Origin: Actinomycetota bacterium | GTDB lineage: Bacteria; Actinomycetota; Actinomycetes; Nanopelagicales; Nanopelagicaceae | Reading direction: 5' to 3' | Length of the DNA: 39,001 nucleotides | Assembly (NCBI GenBank): GCA_041192285.1 | Contig: JBEENC010000001.1 | Location: 1 to 39,001 of the forward strand | Shown here: positions 1 to 9,783 of the stretch, in pieces | Position numbering within the stretch: the stretch's first letter is position 1 | How the letters are laid out: each line of letters begins with the position of its first letter | The notes under the pieces: model-generated | The model's database searches: none | Told to the model about the DNA's origin: nothing | What the model saw: the letters and a program-made list of their open reading frames with translations, nothing else | Position numbers and translations under genes: made by a program

Positions 1-32
1 AAGACACTCTTGATGGCTTTATCAACTGGCAT
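1..32 (-). CDS. carB: Carbamoyl-phosphate synthase large subunit, 5' end only (runs off the window)
   Basis: Reverse complement of 1-32 reads ATG CCA GTT GAT AAA GCC ATC AAG AGT GTC TT (MPVDKAIKSV[L]), similar to the CarB N-terminus MPKRxDIKSVL. The ATG overlaps the carA stop (TAATG). Confidence 0.8.
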   Translation of the reverse strand, partial: MPVDKAIKSV

Positions 33-1159
33 TAATGAGTTCTCGCAGCCACTGGATACTTTTGCATTAATTCTATAAATCGATCAAAAAGATAATCTGC
101 ATCGTGAGGTCCTGCAGCGGCTTCAGGGTGATATTGAACGCTAAATGCTCCGCGCTCTAAAAGTTGTAAGCCTTCTACTACTCCATCATTGAGGCAAACA
201 TGAGTAACTTCGCCAGTTCCAAATACCGTTGAGAAAACACCTTCAGTTGGAGCCCGCAATGCAAATCCATGATTATGGGCAGTAATTTCAACTTTTTTTG
301 TGTTCTTATCAATTACAGGTTGATTAATTCCGCGATGGCCGAATTGAAGTTTATACGTTTCAAAACCCAACGCTTGGCCTAAAATCTGATGACCAAAACA
401 AATACCAAAAATAGGAATCTCGGCTAACAACAACTCACGTACTAAATCAATCACTGATGACATGGTTGCTGGATCTCCTGGTCCATTAGACAAGAAAACC
501 CCATCTGGATTAATTGATGAAATATGGGCAAAGGTTGCGTTATAGGGCATCACGTAAGTTTCTACGCCACGCGCGGCAAGTGCCCTCGGTGTTGCACCTT
601 TGATGCCTAAATCGATGGCTGCAACAGTAAATTTCTTATGGCCAATAGCAGGAACCACATACGTTTGCTGGGTTGAAACATCTTCGCTCAAATATGACCC
701 AGACATCAGTGGTTGCTTACGAACTTCAATAACCATCTCTTCACGAGAAAGATTCTGACCGGAAAAAATCCCTACGCGCATTGCACCCCGATCACGCAAG
801 TGCCGCGTTAGCGCACGCGTATCGACCCCAGAAATACCGACAATCTTTTGAGAAATCAGTTGCTCTTCTAAAGAATTCTCACTTCGCCAATTACTAGTAA
901 CTGGCGAAGGATTTCGCACTACAAGACCTGCTACCCAAATTTTCTTTGATTCATTATCTTCCGTATTCATCCCTGTGTTGCCAATATGCGGAGCAGTCAT
1001 AACGACAACTTGTTTGTGATAAGACGGGTCTGTCAGTGTTTCTTGGTAACCAGTCATGCCAGTTTGAAAAACAGCTTCGCCAAAGGTAATACCTTCAAAT
1101 GCCCAGGATGAACCTTCAAAAACGCGTCCATCATCTAGTACCAAAAAGGATTTGCTCAT
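32..1159 (-). CDS. carA: Carbamoyl-phosphate synthase small subunit
   Basis: GEAVFQTGMTGYQETLTDPSY, LSNGPGDP, catalytic GICFGHQ and QYHPEA motifs; pyr operon context. Confidence 0.97.
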   Translation of the reverse strand: MSKSFLVLDDGRVFEGSSWAFEGITFGEAVFQTGMTGYQETLTDPSYHKQVVVMTAPHIGNTGMNTEDNESKKIWVAGLVVRNPSPVTSNWRSENSLEEQLISQKIVGISGVDTRALTRHLRDRGAMRVGIFSGQNLSREEMVIEVRKQPLMSGSYLSEDVSTQQTYVVPAIGHKKFTVAAIDLGIKGATPRALAARGVETYVMPYNATFAHISSINPDGVFLSNGPGDPATMSSVIDLVRELLLAEIPIFGICFGHQILGQALGFETYKLQFGHRGINQPVIDKNTKKVEITAHNHGFALRAPTEGVFSTVFGTGEVTHVCLNDGVVEGLQLLERGAFSVQYHPEAAAGPHDADYLFDRFIELMQKYPVAARTH

Positions 1160-2457
1160 GAATTTTTCTCTGTGAGCAATTGTGCCTGTAAAAGAGTTGG
1201 AACTCCTCTATAGAAAGTTTCAGTGATCACGCCAGGCAATTCCATTCCATGAAAAGGAGTGTTTCGACTACGTGAGGCTACTAAGTCCCGGTCGACTCTC
1301 CAACTAGCCCGCGGGTCAATCACGGTGAGATTTGCCATCTGACCCACAAGAAAATCGGTACCTTGTCCGGTATATCCCCCGATACGTGCTGGAGTGCGTG
1401 AAATTCGTTCTGCCACTCCATTCCAATCTAACAATCCTGTCTCAACCATTGTCAGAGTAATTATTGAAAGTGCGGTTTCTAGCCCTAACATTCCGAATGC
1501 AGCTAGTTGCCATTCACACTCTTTATTTTCGGCAGGATGCGGGGCGTGATCCGTTGCGACAATATCAATCACACCTTCTGCTAAAGCCTCTCGCAATGCA
1601 TGTACGTCCTTTTCCGTACGTAGCGGTGGATTTACTTTAAATACCGGGTCATAAGAAGTTGCCATGTCATCGGTCAGCAAAAGATGATGTGGAGTTACTT
1701 CTGCCGTGACATTTATACCGCGAGCTTTGGCCCATCGGATAATCTCAACACCGCCAGCTGTAGTAACGTGACAGATATGCAAACGTGATTGCACGTGATC
1801 TGCCAGTAATACATCACGAGCAATGATTGCCTCCTCAGCAACAGCTGGCCAACCTTTCAAACCCAGGACAGATGAAACAATTCCTTCATTCATTTGTGCA
1901 TCAATGGTTAAATCAGGATCTTGTGCATGTTGAGCAATTACTCCATTGAATTTCTTCACATATTCCAGCGCTCGGCGCATAACTTGAGGATTGGAGACGC
2001 AATGCCCATCATCGCTAAAAATACGCACTTGAGCGGCGCTATCTGCCATTGCACCGATCTCTGAAAGCTCGTTGCCATCTAGATTCTTAGTAACCGCCCC
2101 AATTGGATACACATCACATAACCCTGCTTCAATTCCTAAACGAAGAACCTGTTCAACAACACCTGCCGTATCTGCCACTGGTGATGTATTTGGCATTGCA
2201 GAAAGTGCTGTAAAACCCCCTTTAGCACCAGCACGCGATGCAGATAGAACTGTTTCTGAATCTTCCTTCCCTGGTTCGCGCAAATGTGTGTGCAGATCTA
2301 CTAAGCCGGGCAAAATAATTTTGCCGGTTGCATCGACGAGAACTGCTTTGCTGTCAGTTGGGTTTTTAAATCCTGCGATTTTTCCATCTGAGATGAAAAT
2401 ATCCTTTACAGAACCATCACTTAACTTTGCCCCTGTTATAAAATAATTTTTACTCAT
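1156..2457 (-). CDS. pyrC: Dihydroorotase
   Basis: [21 protein letters not shown] and ATDHAPH metal-binding motifs. Confidence 0.96.
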   Translation of the reverse strand: MSKNYFITGAKLSDGSVKDIFISDGKIAGFKNPTDSKAVLVDATGKIILPGLVDLHTHLREPGKEDSETVLSASRAGAKGGFTALSAMPNTSPVADTAGVVEQVLRLGIEAGLCDVYPIGAVTKNLDGNELSEIGAMADSAAQVRIFSDDGHCVSNPQVMRRALEYVKKFNGVIAQHAQDPDLTIDAQMNEGIVSSVLGLKGWPAVAEEAIIARDVLLADHVQSRLHICHVTTAGGVEIIRWAKARGINVTAEVTPHHLLLTDDMATSYDPVFKVNPPLRTEKDVHALREALAEGVIDIVATDHAPHPAENKECEWQLAAFGMLGLETALSIITLTMVETGLLDWNGVAERISRTPARIGGYTGQGTDFLVGQMANLTVIDPRASWRVDRDLVASRSRNTPFHGMELPGVITETFYRGVPTLLQAQLLTEKNS

Positions 2458-3404
2458 GCGAGTGCTCCTGATTCGATTCCTTCTCCAGTTAAGAGCGTAT
2501 AAAGGATTGCCATCCGAACACTTACTCCATTGCTCACTTGTTCGACGATTACTGATCGAGCACTATCTGCAACATCTGCAGTGATTTCTAATCCACGATT
2601 CATTGGACCTGGATGCATGATGATTGAATCCTTCTTCATTCTTTTCACCCTGTCAGAGTTCAATCCAAAGTATCTTGAATACTCACGAGCATTTGGGAAA
2701 TAGAGTTCATTCATTCGCTCACTCTGTACGCGAAGCATCATGATGGCATCCGTATTAGGAATTAATTCATCAAAATCATAGGACACATGCGCATCCCAAC
2801 TTTCAATCCCGACCGGCAATAAAGTTGGTGGAGCAACAACACTTACAGTTGCTCCTAGTTTGGAAAGTAATAAAACATTCGAGCGTGCTACTCGTGAATG
2901 TAATATGTCTCCAACTATCGCAACGTGTAAACCTTGCAAATTCTTGGCACCTTGCATTAAGTGTTTACGCAATGTGTAGGCATCTAATAGTGCCTGACTT
3001 GGATGCTCGTGTGTACCGTCCCCAGCATTTATGACAGTTCCCGACATCCATTTTGATGTAGCTAACCTGTGTGCAGCCCCTGACGCCTGGTGGCGAATAA
3101 TAACTGCATCAGCGCCCATTGCCTGCAGCGTTTGGGCTGTATCTTTCAAAGATTCACCTTTGCTGACGCTAGAACCCTTAGCGCTGAAGTTAATAACATC
3201 TGCAGATAAACGCTTGGCTGCTGCTTCAAAAGAAATTCTGGTACGAGTGGAATCCTCTGCAAATAAGTTAACGATCGTTCTACCGCGAAGAGTTGGCAAT
3301 TTTTTCATGGGAGCGTCAGAAACACGAGCAAGTTCGGCTGCTGTATCTAGAATGGCAATTGCTTCAGATTCACTGAGATCATTTATTGATAGTAAATGTT
3401 TCAT
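2454..3404 (-). CDS. pyrB: Aspartate carbamoyltransferase catalytic subunit
   Basis: [30 protein letters not shown] and HPGPMNRG motifs. Confidence 0.97.
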   Translation of the reverse strand: MKHLLSINDLSESEAIAILDTAAELARVSDAPMKKLPTLRGRTIVNLFAEDSTRTRISFEAAAKRLSADVINFSAKGSSVSKGESLKDTAQTLQAMGADAVIIRHQASGAAHRLATSKWMSGTVINAGDGTHEHPSQALLDAYTLRKHLMQGAKNLQGLHVAIVGDILHSRVARSNVLLLSKLGATVSVVAPPTLLPVGIESWDAHVSYDFDELIPNTDAIMMLRVQSERMNELYFPNAREYSRYFGLNSDRVKRMKKDSIIMHPGPMNRGLEITADVADSARSVIVEQVSNGVSVRMAILYTLLTGEGIESGALA

Positions 3405-3937
3405 AAATTATCCGCACTTTCGATGAGAACTTCATCAACCCCATCAATTTCAGTTAAATGTACTTTGACCGACTGGTCTAAAGAAGTCGGTAGATTCTTG
3501 CCAACATAATCAGCTCTAATTGGAAGTTCACGGTGTCCGCGATCGACAAGGACAGCGAGCTGAACAGTGCGAGGACGACCAATTTCACCGAGCGCGTCAA
3601 GGGCTGCGCGAATAGTTCTTCCCGAGAAGAAAACATCATCAATTAGCACTACATCTTTGCCCTCAATTCCGGTTGGAGGAATTTTTGTAGGCATGAGAGC
3701 TCGTGGAGGACGCAGCCGAAGGTCATCGCGGTGCAAAGTAATATCTAGAGTGCCAACTGGCACTGCCTTAGATTCAATATTTTGAATTATCGCGCCAATG
3801 CGGTGAGCTAAATGTGCACCGCGTGTTGGTATCCCCAGCAAAACGAGATTGTTAGATCCACCATTGCGTTCAAGGATTTCATGGGAAATGCGAGTTAAGG
3901 CTCTGGCAATATCTGCCGGCGGCAGGGCAACACTCAT
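3401..3937 (-). CDS. pyrR: Pyrimidine operon regulator / uracil phosphoribosyltransferase PyrR
   Basis: [29 protein letters not shown] and [17 protein letters not shown]. Start moved to ATG 3937, which follows an AAGGAG Shine-Dalgarno. Confidence 0.95.
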   Translation of the reverse strand: MSVALPPADIARALTRISHEILERNGGSNNLVLLGIPTRGAHLAHRIGAIIQNIESKAVPVGTLDITLHRDDLRLRPPRALMPTKIPPTGIEGKDVVLIDDVFFSGRTIRAALDALGEIGRPRTVQLAVLVDRGHRELPIRADYVGKNLPTSLDQSVKVHLTEIDGVDEVLIESADNL

Positions 3938-3944
3938 ATAAATC

Positions 3945-3979
3945 TCCTTCCCCACCTCGCAGGATGGGTCGTTAAAGGA
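3945..3979 (-). promoter_or_regulatory. PyrR-binding RNA stem-loop overlapping the pyrR ribosome-binding site
   Basis: Minus strand reads UCCUUUAACGACCCAUCCUGCGAGGUGGGGAAGGA: UCCUU/AAGGA lower stem, CUUUAA segment and UCC-UGCGA-GG upper loop, matching the PyrR binding-loop consensus (UCCNGNGAGG). Confidence 0.85.
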
Positions 3980-3988
3980 TGCTGGCGA

Positions 3989-3997
3989 AGAATAGCA
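3989..3997 (-). promoter_or_regulatory. Putative extended -10 promoter (TGcTATTCT) of the pyr operon
   Basis: TGn plus TANNNT hexamer about 10 nt upstream of the PyrR loop. Confidence 0.6.
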
Positions 3998-4049
3998 CCA
4001 AAAAACGCTCTCCTGTGGACAAACAAAGATCGGCGTTTCATTCTTGTTC

Positions 4050-4055
4050 TAGATT
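4050..4055 (+). promoter_or_regulatory. Putative -10 (TAGATT) of a (near-)leaderless bldD-like transcript
   Basis: TANNNT hexamer 8 nt before ATG 4064; no Shine-Dalgarno visible. Confidence 0.5.
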
Positions 4056-4063
4056 GCGTACTT

Positions 4064-4567
4064 ATGAGCACACATGAAAATACCAGCGTGGGCGCAGAAT
4101 TACTAGGTCATGCACTGAGAGAAGTGCGTCGTGCGAGAAAATGGACTTTGGCAGATTTTGAAAAAGCTAGTCATGGTCGCATCAAAGCCGTAGTTCTTGG
4201 TTCATACGAACGGGGTTCACGTTCGGTTTCGGTTGATAAATTGCAAGCAATAGCAGAGATTTATGCAGTTCCGGTTGGCGCATTTTTCAATCAAAGTTCT
4301 GTAGAGAATTCATCCACAGAAATACCAAACATAGTTATTGACTTGAGACGGCTTCGAGAAGAACTGACTCTTCGTACGAACAAAGAACTTAACCTTTTAG
4401 ATCAATTTTGTTCAGGCATAATCATTTTTCGCAAAGATTGGAATGGCGAAATACTCTCGCTGCGAAAAAATGATGTGACTTTCTTAGCGATTATGAACGA
4501 AACTAGCGCCGAAAATCTTCTGAACATATTGGCCAGTAAAAAAGTTCTATTTAACTTTAAAGATTAA
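4064..4567 (+). CDS. bldD: BldD-family XRE helix-turn-helix regulator with C-terminal c-di-GMP-binding domain
   Basis: KAVVLGSYERGSRSVSV..L..IAEIYAVPV resembles BldD KAVVVGSYERGDRAVTV..L..LADFYGVPV. C-terminus has IVIDLRRL and RKD-WNGEILSL-RKND. It lies between pyrR and nusB, as in Streptomyces. Confidence 0.85.
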   Translation: MSTHENTSVGAELLGHALREVRRARKWTLADFEKASHGRIKAVVLGSYERGSRSVSVDKLQAIAEIYAVPVGAFFNQSSVENSSTEIPNIVIDLRRLREELTLRTNKELNLLDQFCSGIIIFRKDWNGEILSLRKNDVTFLAIMNETSAENLLNILASKKVLFNFKD

Positions 4568-4979
4568 GATCCCCACGAATGGAAGAGATGCGACCCAGTA
4601 CACCGTGGATATAGCCAGATGACTCCTCAGAGGAGAGCTCCGTTGCCATTGCTAGCGCTTCATCAATAGCAACAGCGTCAGGTACATCTTCTTGCCACAA
4701 AATTTCATAGATTCCAATGCGCAGTATATTTCTATCTACTGCAGGAAGGCGATCCATATCCCAACCTTGCGCATATGTAGAAATTAGCTCATCAATCTTG
4801 CGCTTATGAGTATCGACACCGGATATAAGAATTTTTGTGTAATCGCGGATGGGACGAGCATCTGGACCCTCTTCTACAACATCACGAAGTGCCAATAAAT
4901 CTGTCGATTCTTTTCCACGAATATCAGATTCGTAGAGAAGATCTAAAGATTGCTTACGGGCTTTACTTCGTGCTGACAC
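4557..4979 (-). CDS. nusB: Transcription antitermination factor NusB
   Basis: ARSKARK, WDMDRLPAVDRNILR and AIDEA...GYIHGVLG; directly downstream of efp. Confidence 0.95.
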   Translation of the reverse strand: MSARSKARKQSLDLLYESDIRGKESTDLLALRDVVEEGPDARPIRDYTKILISGVDTHKRKIDELISTYAQGWDMDRLPAVDRNILRIGIYEILWQEDVPDAVAIDEALAMATELSSEESSGYIHGVLGRISSIRGDLNL

Positions 4980-4981
4980 TG

Positions 4982-5539
4982 TTAAGCGCGACCTTGGTAT
5001 GAACCATCTCTGGTGTCAACTAGAACCTTCTCGTCTTGCTTAATGAAAAGTGGTACCTGAATCTCTATACCTGTTTCAACTGTAGCTGGCTTAGTTCCAC
5101 CCGATGAGCGATCGCCTTGAATACCTGGTTCGGTATACGTAATCGTAAGTTCAACTGAAGCTGGCAATTCGATATATAAAGGATTTCCTTCATGAACTGC
5201 AACTATTGCACCAGTGTTTTCCAACATGTAGTTAGCTGCGTCGCCAACGGTCTGAGCAGAAATATTTGTCTGATCAAATGTCTTGTTATCCATGAAAACA
5301 AAGTCTTCACCATCTTTGTAGAGGAAGTTCATTTCACGCTTTTCTAGTACAGCAACTTCAATTTTTACACCAGCGTTGAAAGTTTTATCAACAACTTTTC
5401 CTGTAAGAACCGACTTCAACTTGGTGCGCACGAATGCCGGACCTTTACCCGGCTTCACATGCTGAAATTCAACTACATTCCATAGTTGACCGTCGATGTC
5501 GAGTGTCATTCCATTCTTAAGATCATTTGTTGTTGCCAC
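4982..5539 (-). CDS. efp: Elongation factor P (actinobacterial PGKGP type)
   Basis: [26 protein letters not shown] and KPATVETG...VPLFI. Probable start is GTG 5539 ([10 protein letters not shown]). Confidence 0.96.
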   Translation of the reverse strand: MATTNDLKNGMTLDIDGQLWNVVEFQHVKPGKGPAFVRTKLKSVLTGKVVDKTFNAGVKIEVAVLEKREMNFLYKDGEDFVFMDNKTFDQTNISAQTVGDAANYMLENTGAIVAVHEGNPLYIELPASVELTITYTEPGIQGDRSSGGTKPATVETGIEIQVPLFIKQDEKVLVDTRDGSYQGRA

Positions 5540-5610
5540 TTGTATAACCACGCTTTTCTTATATCAGGCCAATGTGGCCAGGCTATCGATTCCCGATAGT
5601 CAAGGGTGTA

Positions 5611-5616
5611 AGGATA
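5611..5616 (-). promoter_or_regulatory. Putative -10 (TATCCT) for efp-nusB
   Basis: TANNNT hexamer preceded by GGG, about 70 nt upstream of the efp start. Confidence 0.45.
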
Positions 5617-5659
5617 CCCGCTAAAGAGCTAATGAAATAATTAGCAAAACTAACGCTGG

Positions 5660-6088
5660 CTACAAGAGTGCTTTAAGTGCGCTCATCGCCAATGCATATG
5701 AGTTTGGGCCGAATCCACCAATTGTTCCATTGGCAACTCCTGAAATCACTGATGTATGTCGAAATTCTTCACGCGCTAATGGATTTGATAGATGAACTTC
5801 GATCAGCGGAGATTTCACCAATTCTGCTGCATCCCGGATCGCATATGAATAGTGCGTAAACGCTGCGGGATTAATGATGACCGGATAAGAATTATCAGCA
5901 GCTTCGTGCAACCAAGAGATTATCTGCGCTTCATCATCGCTTTGACGCACATCGGCAGTAAAGCCATGAGCCAAAGCTGAAGATTCGATTAAATTAACTA
6001 ATTGCGGATAACTCAAATCTCCATAAACGGATGAGTCGCGAATATCTAGACGCGAAAGATTAGGTCCGTTGATTACGAGTACTTTCAT
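5660..6088 (-). CDS. aroQ: Type II 3-dehydroquinate dehydratase
   Basis: NGPNL..L..R...VYG, INPAAFTHYSYAIRDA and EVHLSNPLAREEFRHTS. Confidence 0.95.
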   Translation of the reverse strand: MKVLVINGPNLSRLDIRDSSVYGDLSYPQLVNLIESSALAHGFTADVRQSDDEAQIISWLHEAADNSYPVIINPAAFTHYSYAIRDAAELVKSPLIEVHLSNPLAREEFRHTSVISGVANGTIGGFGPNSYALAMSALKALL

Positions 6089-7137
6089 CTGGCTATTTTC
6101 TCATAAGCATCAGCAACTTGATCAGTACTTAGACCTTCAATTCTCTGTGTCTTACCCACTTCTGAAATGCCGACAAATCGGAGAGTATTTCCGCGCGATT
6201 TTTTGTCAATACTCATAAGTGCCTGCAGTTGAGGTAATGCGGCGCGATAATAAGTCGTTGGTAACCCAACCTTTTCTAAAAGAGAAATATGCTGTTGGAC
6301 GATATTCTGATCTAGCCCACAATGCATCTGTGAAAGATGGGCAGCAAATACCAACCCAATTGAGACTGCTTCACCATGGCGCAATGCGTACTTGCTATGA
6401 CGCTCAACAGCGTGTCCAAGGGTGTGACCGTAATTCAATACCTCTCGCCCAAAACTCTCTTTGAAATCTGAACTGACAACACCTGATTTCACGGCAATAG
6501 ATTTTTCGATTAATTGATTGAGCACTTCAAAATTATTGCGATCACGTTCTAAGTCAAAATTCTGCATTAAATCAAGAATCGACTGATCTCCAATAAATCC
6601 ACTCTTTATTACTTCGGCTAATCCAGCTGCAATGTCTCGATTTGAAAGAGTGTTAAGCCATTTCGAATCAATGATTACTTTACGTGGAGAATGAAATGCC
6701 CCGATTAAATTCTTGCCGTATTCGCTATTAATTCCTGTTTTGCCTCCTACGGATGCATCAACCATTCCAGCCAGCGTTGTCGGTATCGCAATCCAATCAA
6801 TTCCTCTTAGCCACGTTGCACTAAGAAATCCTGCAGCATCTGTAACTGTCCCGCCACCAATAGCAACAACGAGGTCTGAACGCGTAAATCCGGCCGCTCC
6901 CATCCAATCCCACATGTGTGCAAGTGTTTGGGCAGATTTAGCTGCTTCGCCATCAGGTAGTGGAAAATAATGCATCTCATTGTCAACAGATAGTTTGGGA
7001 ATGTGTTCTTTTTGAGATTTTGAATAAAAAATGGCTACACGATCATATTTTGAAATGCTGGACGTGAGCTCTGCTAGCCAACCGTTGCCGATCACAACAT
7101 CATATTGATGTTCGGAATTAACAGTGATTGTGCTCAT
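6085..7137 (-). CDS. aroB: 3-dehydroquinate synthase
   Basis: GGGTVTDAAGF, PTTLAGMVDASVGGKTGIN, LNYGHTLGHAVE and HGEAV. Confidence 0.96.
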   Translation of the reverse strand: MSTITVNSEHQYDVVIGNGWLAELTSSISKYDRVAIFYSKSQKEHIPKLSVDNEMHYFPLPDGEAAKSAQTLAHMWDWMGAAGFTRSDLVVAIGGGTVTDAAGFLSATWLRGIDWIAIPTTLAGMVDASVGGKTGINSEYGKNLIGAFHSPRKVIIDSKWLNTLSNRDIAAGLAEVIKSGFIGDQSILDLMQNFDLERDRNNFEVLNQLIEKSIAVKSGVVSSDFKESFGREVLNYGHTLGHAVERHSKYALRHGEAVSIGLVFAAHLSQMHCGLDQNIVQQHISLLEKVGLPTTYYRAALPQLQALMSIDKKSRGNTLRFVGISEVGKTQRIEGLSTDQVADAYEKIAR

Positions 7138-7640
7138 ACGAGAAGTGTAACAATCGCAGTGGCAGCCTCGTTTGGGGTTAATTTATCTGTAAGAAGCTGA
7201 TGATGCGCTAAAGATTCATAAATTGGTCTACGAACATTCATTAGTTCTTGCCATTGTGCTCGAGGATTGCCCAGAAGTAGTGGTCTGTCACGATTGAATC
7301 CAACGCGTGGTGCTGCGCCAGCAAGTGTGACATCTAGAAAAACAACTGGTGAGCCGCTTGCTTTGATTGCTTCTTGTGCGACCGATGATAACGGGGCACC
7401 TCCACCTAAACTTAAAACACCTGGGTGATCATTTAATTGCTGAAGGAGAATTTGTTCTTCAATTTGCCGAAAGTAAGGTTCGCCCTTATCTACAAAAATT
7501 TCGCCAATGCTCTGCTTTTCTTGCTCAGAAATTACTGTATCCGTATCAACAAATTTTTCGCTCAATAACCTAGCCAGAGATTTTCCGACGCTTGATTTTC
7601 CGGCTCCTGGTGGGCCGATCAAAATTACGCGTGGAGGCAT
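7134..7640 (-). CDS. aroK: Shikimate kinase
   Basis: Walker A GPPGAGKSSVG, DTD, GEPYFR, SLGGG and RPLL. Confidence 0.95.
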   Translation of the reverse strand: MPPRVILIGPPGAGKSSVGKSLARLLSEKFVDTDTVISEQEKQSIGEIFVDKGEPYFRQIEEQILLQQLNDHPGVLSLGGGAPLSSVAQEAIKASGSPVVFLDVTLAGAAPRVGFNRDRPLLLGNPRAQWQELMNVRRPIYESLAHHQLLTDKLTPNEAATAIVTLLV

Positions 7641-7642
7641 CT

Positions 7643-8824
7643 TTATTTAAAACGTAGATTTTCCATATAGGACAAATAATTTCGACGAGTTTCAGAAACA
7701 CTATCTCCCCCGAATTTTTCGAGTACAGCCTCAGCCAGAACGAGTGCTGCCATAGCTTCGGCGACAACTCCTGATGCCGGTACAGCGCATACATCTGATC
7801 TTTGGTTAATTGCCTTTGCTGCTTCTCCAGTGGCTATATCAATAGTATCTAACGCTTTAGGTACTGTAGAAATTGGTTTCATTGCAATACTAATTCGCAA
7901 TATTTCACCGTTAGTCATTCCACCTTCTGTACCACCGGCGCGATCAGTTCTGCGCACAATCTTTCCTGAAGTATTTTTTTCAATTTCATCATGCGCCGAA
8001 GAACCTCTACGTGTTGCTGTGAGGAATCCATCTCCAATTTCAACGCCCTTAATCGCTTGAATCCCCATCATGGCGCCGGCTAAGCGCGAATCTAAACGAC
8101 GATCCCAATGCACGTGCGAACCTAATCCAGGCGGAACATCAAAGACTAAAACTTCGCAGACTCCCCCGAGTGTGTCCCCATCTGAGTGCGCTTTTTCTAT
8201 TTCATTAATTATGAGTGCACTTGTTTTTGCGTCGGCACATCTAACTGGGTCTGCATCAATTTTTTCTTGATCATTCTTTCCGGGCAATGGTGCATCCTCT
8301 GCAACACGAACGACACCAATTGAAATCACATGGCTAAACAATGTTATGCCTACGCTTTGTTCTAGGAATGCACGTGCAATTGCACCTAAAGCGACACGTG
8401 CTGCGGTTTCTCGCGCGCTAGCACGCTCCAAAATCGGACGCGCATCTGTGAAATCGTATTTTTGCATGCCCACCATGTCAGCATGGCCTGGACGAGGTCT
8501 CGTCAGTGGAGCATTGCGAGCAAGACCCTCTAATTCAGAATCATCAATCGGATCGGCAGACATCACTTTTTCCCACTTAGGCCATTCAGAGTTACCAACT
8601 TCTATTGCAATTGGTCCGCCTTGAGAAATTCCTAAACGAATTCCACCTTTAATAGTAATTTTATCTGCTTCGAAATTTTGCCTGGCTCCACGTCCAACGC
8701 CAAGTCTGCGTCGTGCTAAGTCTTTATCAATATCTTTGGTAGTAATTTTTATATGCGCAGGAAGCCCTTCGATAATAGCCGTCAGGGCTGGGCCATGTGA
8801 TTCACCTGCAGTTAGCCAACGCAT
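7643..8824 (-). CDS. aroC: Chorismate synthase
   Basis: [11 protein letters not shown] (start set to ATG 8824), [29 protein letters not shown] and RSDVCAVP. Confidence 0.96.
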   Translation of the reverse strand: MRWLTAGESHGPALTAIIEGLPAHIKITTKDIDKDLARRRLGVGRGARQNFEADKITIKGGIRLGISQGGPIAIEVGNSEWPKWEKVMSADPIDDSELEGLARNAPLTRPRPGHADMVGMQKYDFTDARPILERASARETAARVALGAIARAFLEQSVGITLFSHVISIGVVRVAEDAPLPGKNDQEKIDADPVRCADAKTSALIINEIEKAHSDGDTLGGVCEVLVFDVPPGLGSHVHWDRRLDSRLAGAMMGIQAIKGVEIGDGFLTATRRGSSAHDEIEKNTSGKIVRRTDRAGGTEGGMTNGEILRISIAMKPISTVPKALDTIDIATGEAAKAINQRSDVCAVPASGVVAEAMAALVLAEAVLEKFGGDSVSETRRNYLSYMENLRFK

Positions 8825-8979
8825 TGTCCTATTGTGGCAGAAGAAGAGCGATCGGGGCGTACAAATAAAGGCCACTCGCAACAAATATGAAGAAAATTTT
8901 CAATAAGCCAATATCCGAATTAATCTCACGGGTCGGACCCAATATCGACGTTACGCCTGGAATTAACTTTTAGGATAAC

Positions 8980-9783
8980 TTATATAGACTTTAATTCTCG
9001 CTTTAAAAAGGTAGAGATCTCTTGTCTATCAATATCGATTCCCGTGAATAATCTAATCTGCTCAATTCCTTGCGCAATCAATAGATCTAATCCACTAATT
9101 ACGGGAGAACCAGAATTTGTCCAAGCCGAAGCGAATTGAGTAGGCCATGGATTGTAAATGACATCAAAAAAAGTTCCATTGGGCTTATGGGATAGCTCGT
9201 GTGCGAATGAATCCAAGACTGCCTTAGGCGTCGTATTTATAACTAAATCGGATTCGTAAAAACTGTTACTAAATTGCCACGGCAAAAACTTCATGCCAGA
9301 AACATTCACAGATGATTGCATGGATTGTCCACGTTCAGTATTTCTATGAAGAACCGATATTGATGTCTTCGCATCATCAAAGGCGGCAGCGGCAGCGCGC
9401 GCCGTGGCACCTGATCCCACAATAAGTACCGTTTTAGGTTTGCTCGAATTCTCTTGGTTCCAGGCGTTTTGAAAACCAAGAACATCAGTTGAATGCAAAC
9501 TCCATGAATTACCCTGTCTAATTAAAGTGTTTCCCGATTGAATTCTTTTTGCTAACGGATTAATTATTTCAGCAACTGACAGCGCCTCTTCTTTAAGGGG
9601 CATAGTGAGTGAAAATCCTGTCCAGCCATTAGCTTTATCCTTTAAGAAATCGCGAAGCGAACCTGCAGGAACATCAAAAGACCCATAGTTGCCAGAAATA
9701 TTAAGGTGTTTATATGCGCTCATGTGAAGTCGAGGAGATAGTGAGTGAGAAATTGGAGAACCCAAAACAGCAGCATTGATCAC
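8980..9783 (-). CDS. aroE: Shikimate dehydrogenase
   Basis: VLGSPISHSLSPRLH, SLTMPLK, GSGATARA, INTTP, DVIYNPWPT and GLDLLIAQG. GTG 9783 overlaps the mltG stop (GTGA). Confidence 0.93.
   Translation of the reverse strand: MINAAVLGSPISHSLSPRLHMSAYKHLNISGNYGSFDVPAGSLRDFLKDKANGWTGFSLTMPLKEEALSVAEIINPLAKRIQSGNTLIRQGNSWSLHSTDVLGFQNAWNQENSSKPKTVLIVGSGATARAAAAAFDDAKTSISVLHRNTERGQSMQSSVNVSGMKFLPWQFSNSFYESDLVINTTPKAVLDSFAHELSHKPNGTFFDVIYNPWPTQFASAWTNSGSPVISGLDLLIAQGIEQIRLFTGIDIDRQEISTFLKRELKSI

Noticed and set aside
3980-4063. BldD autoregulatory box upstream of bldD
   Set aside because: No convincing TCAC-N-GTGA-type palindrome is visible.
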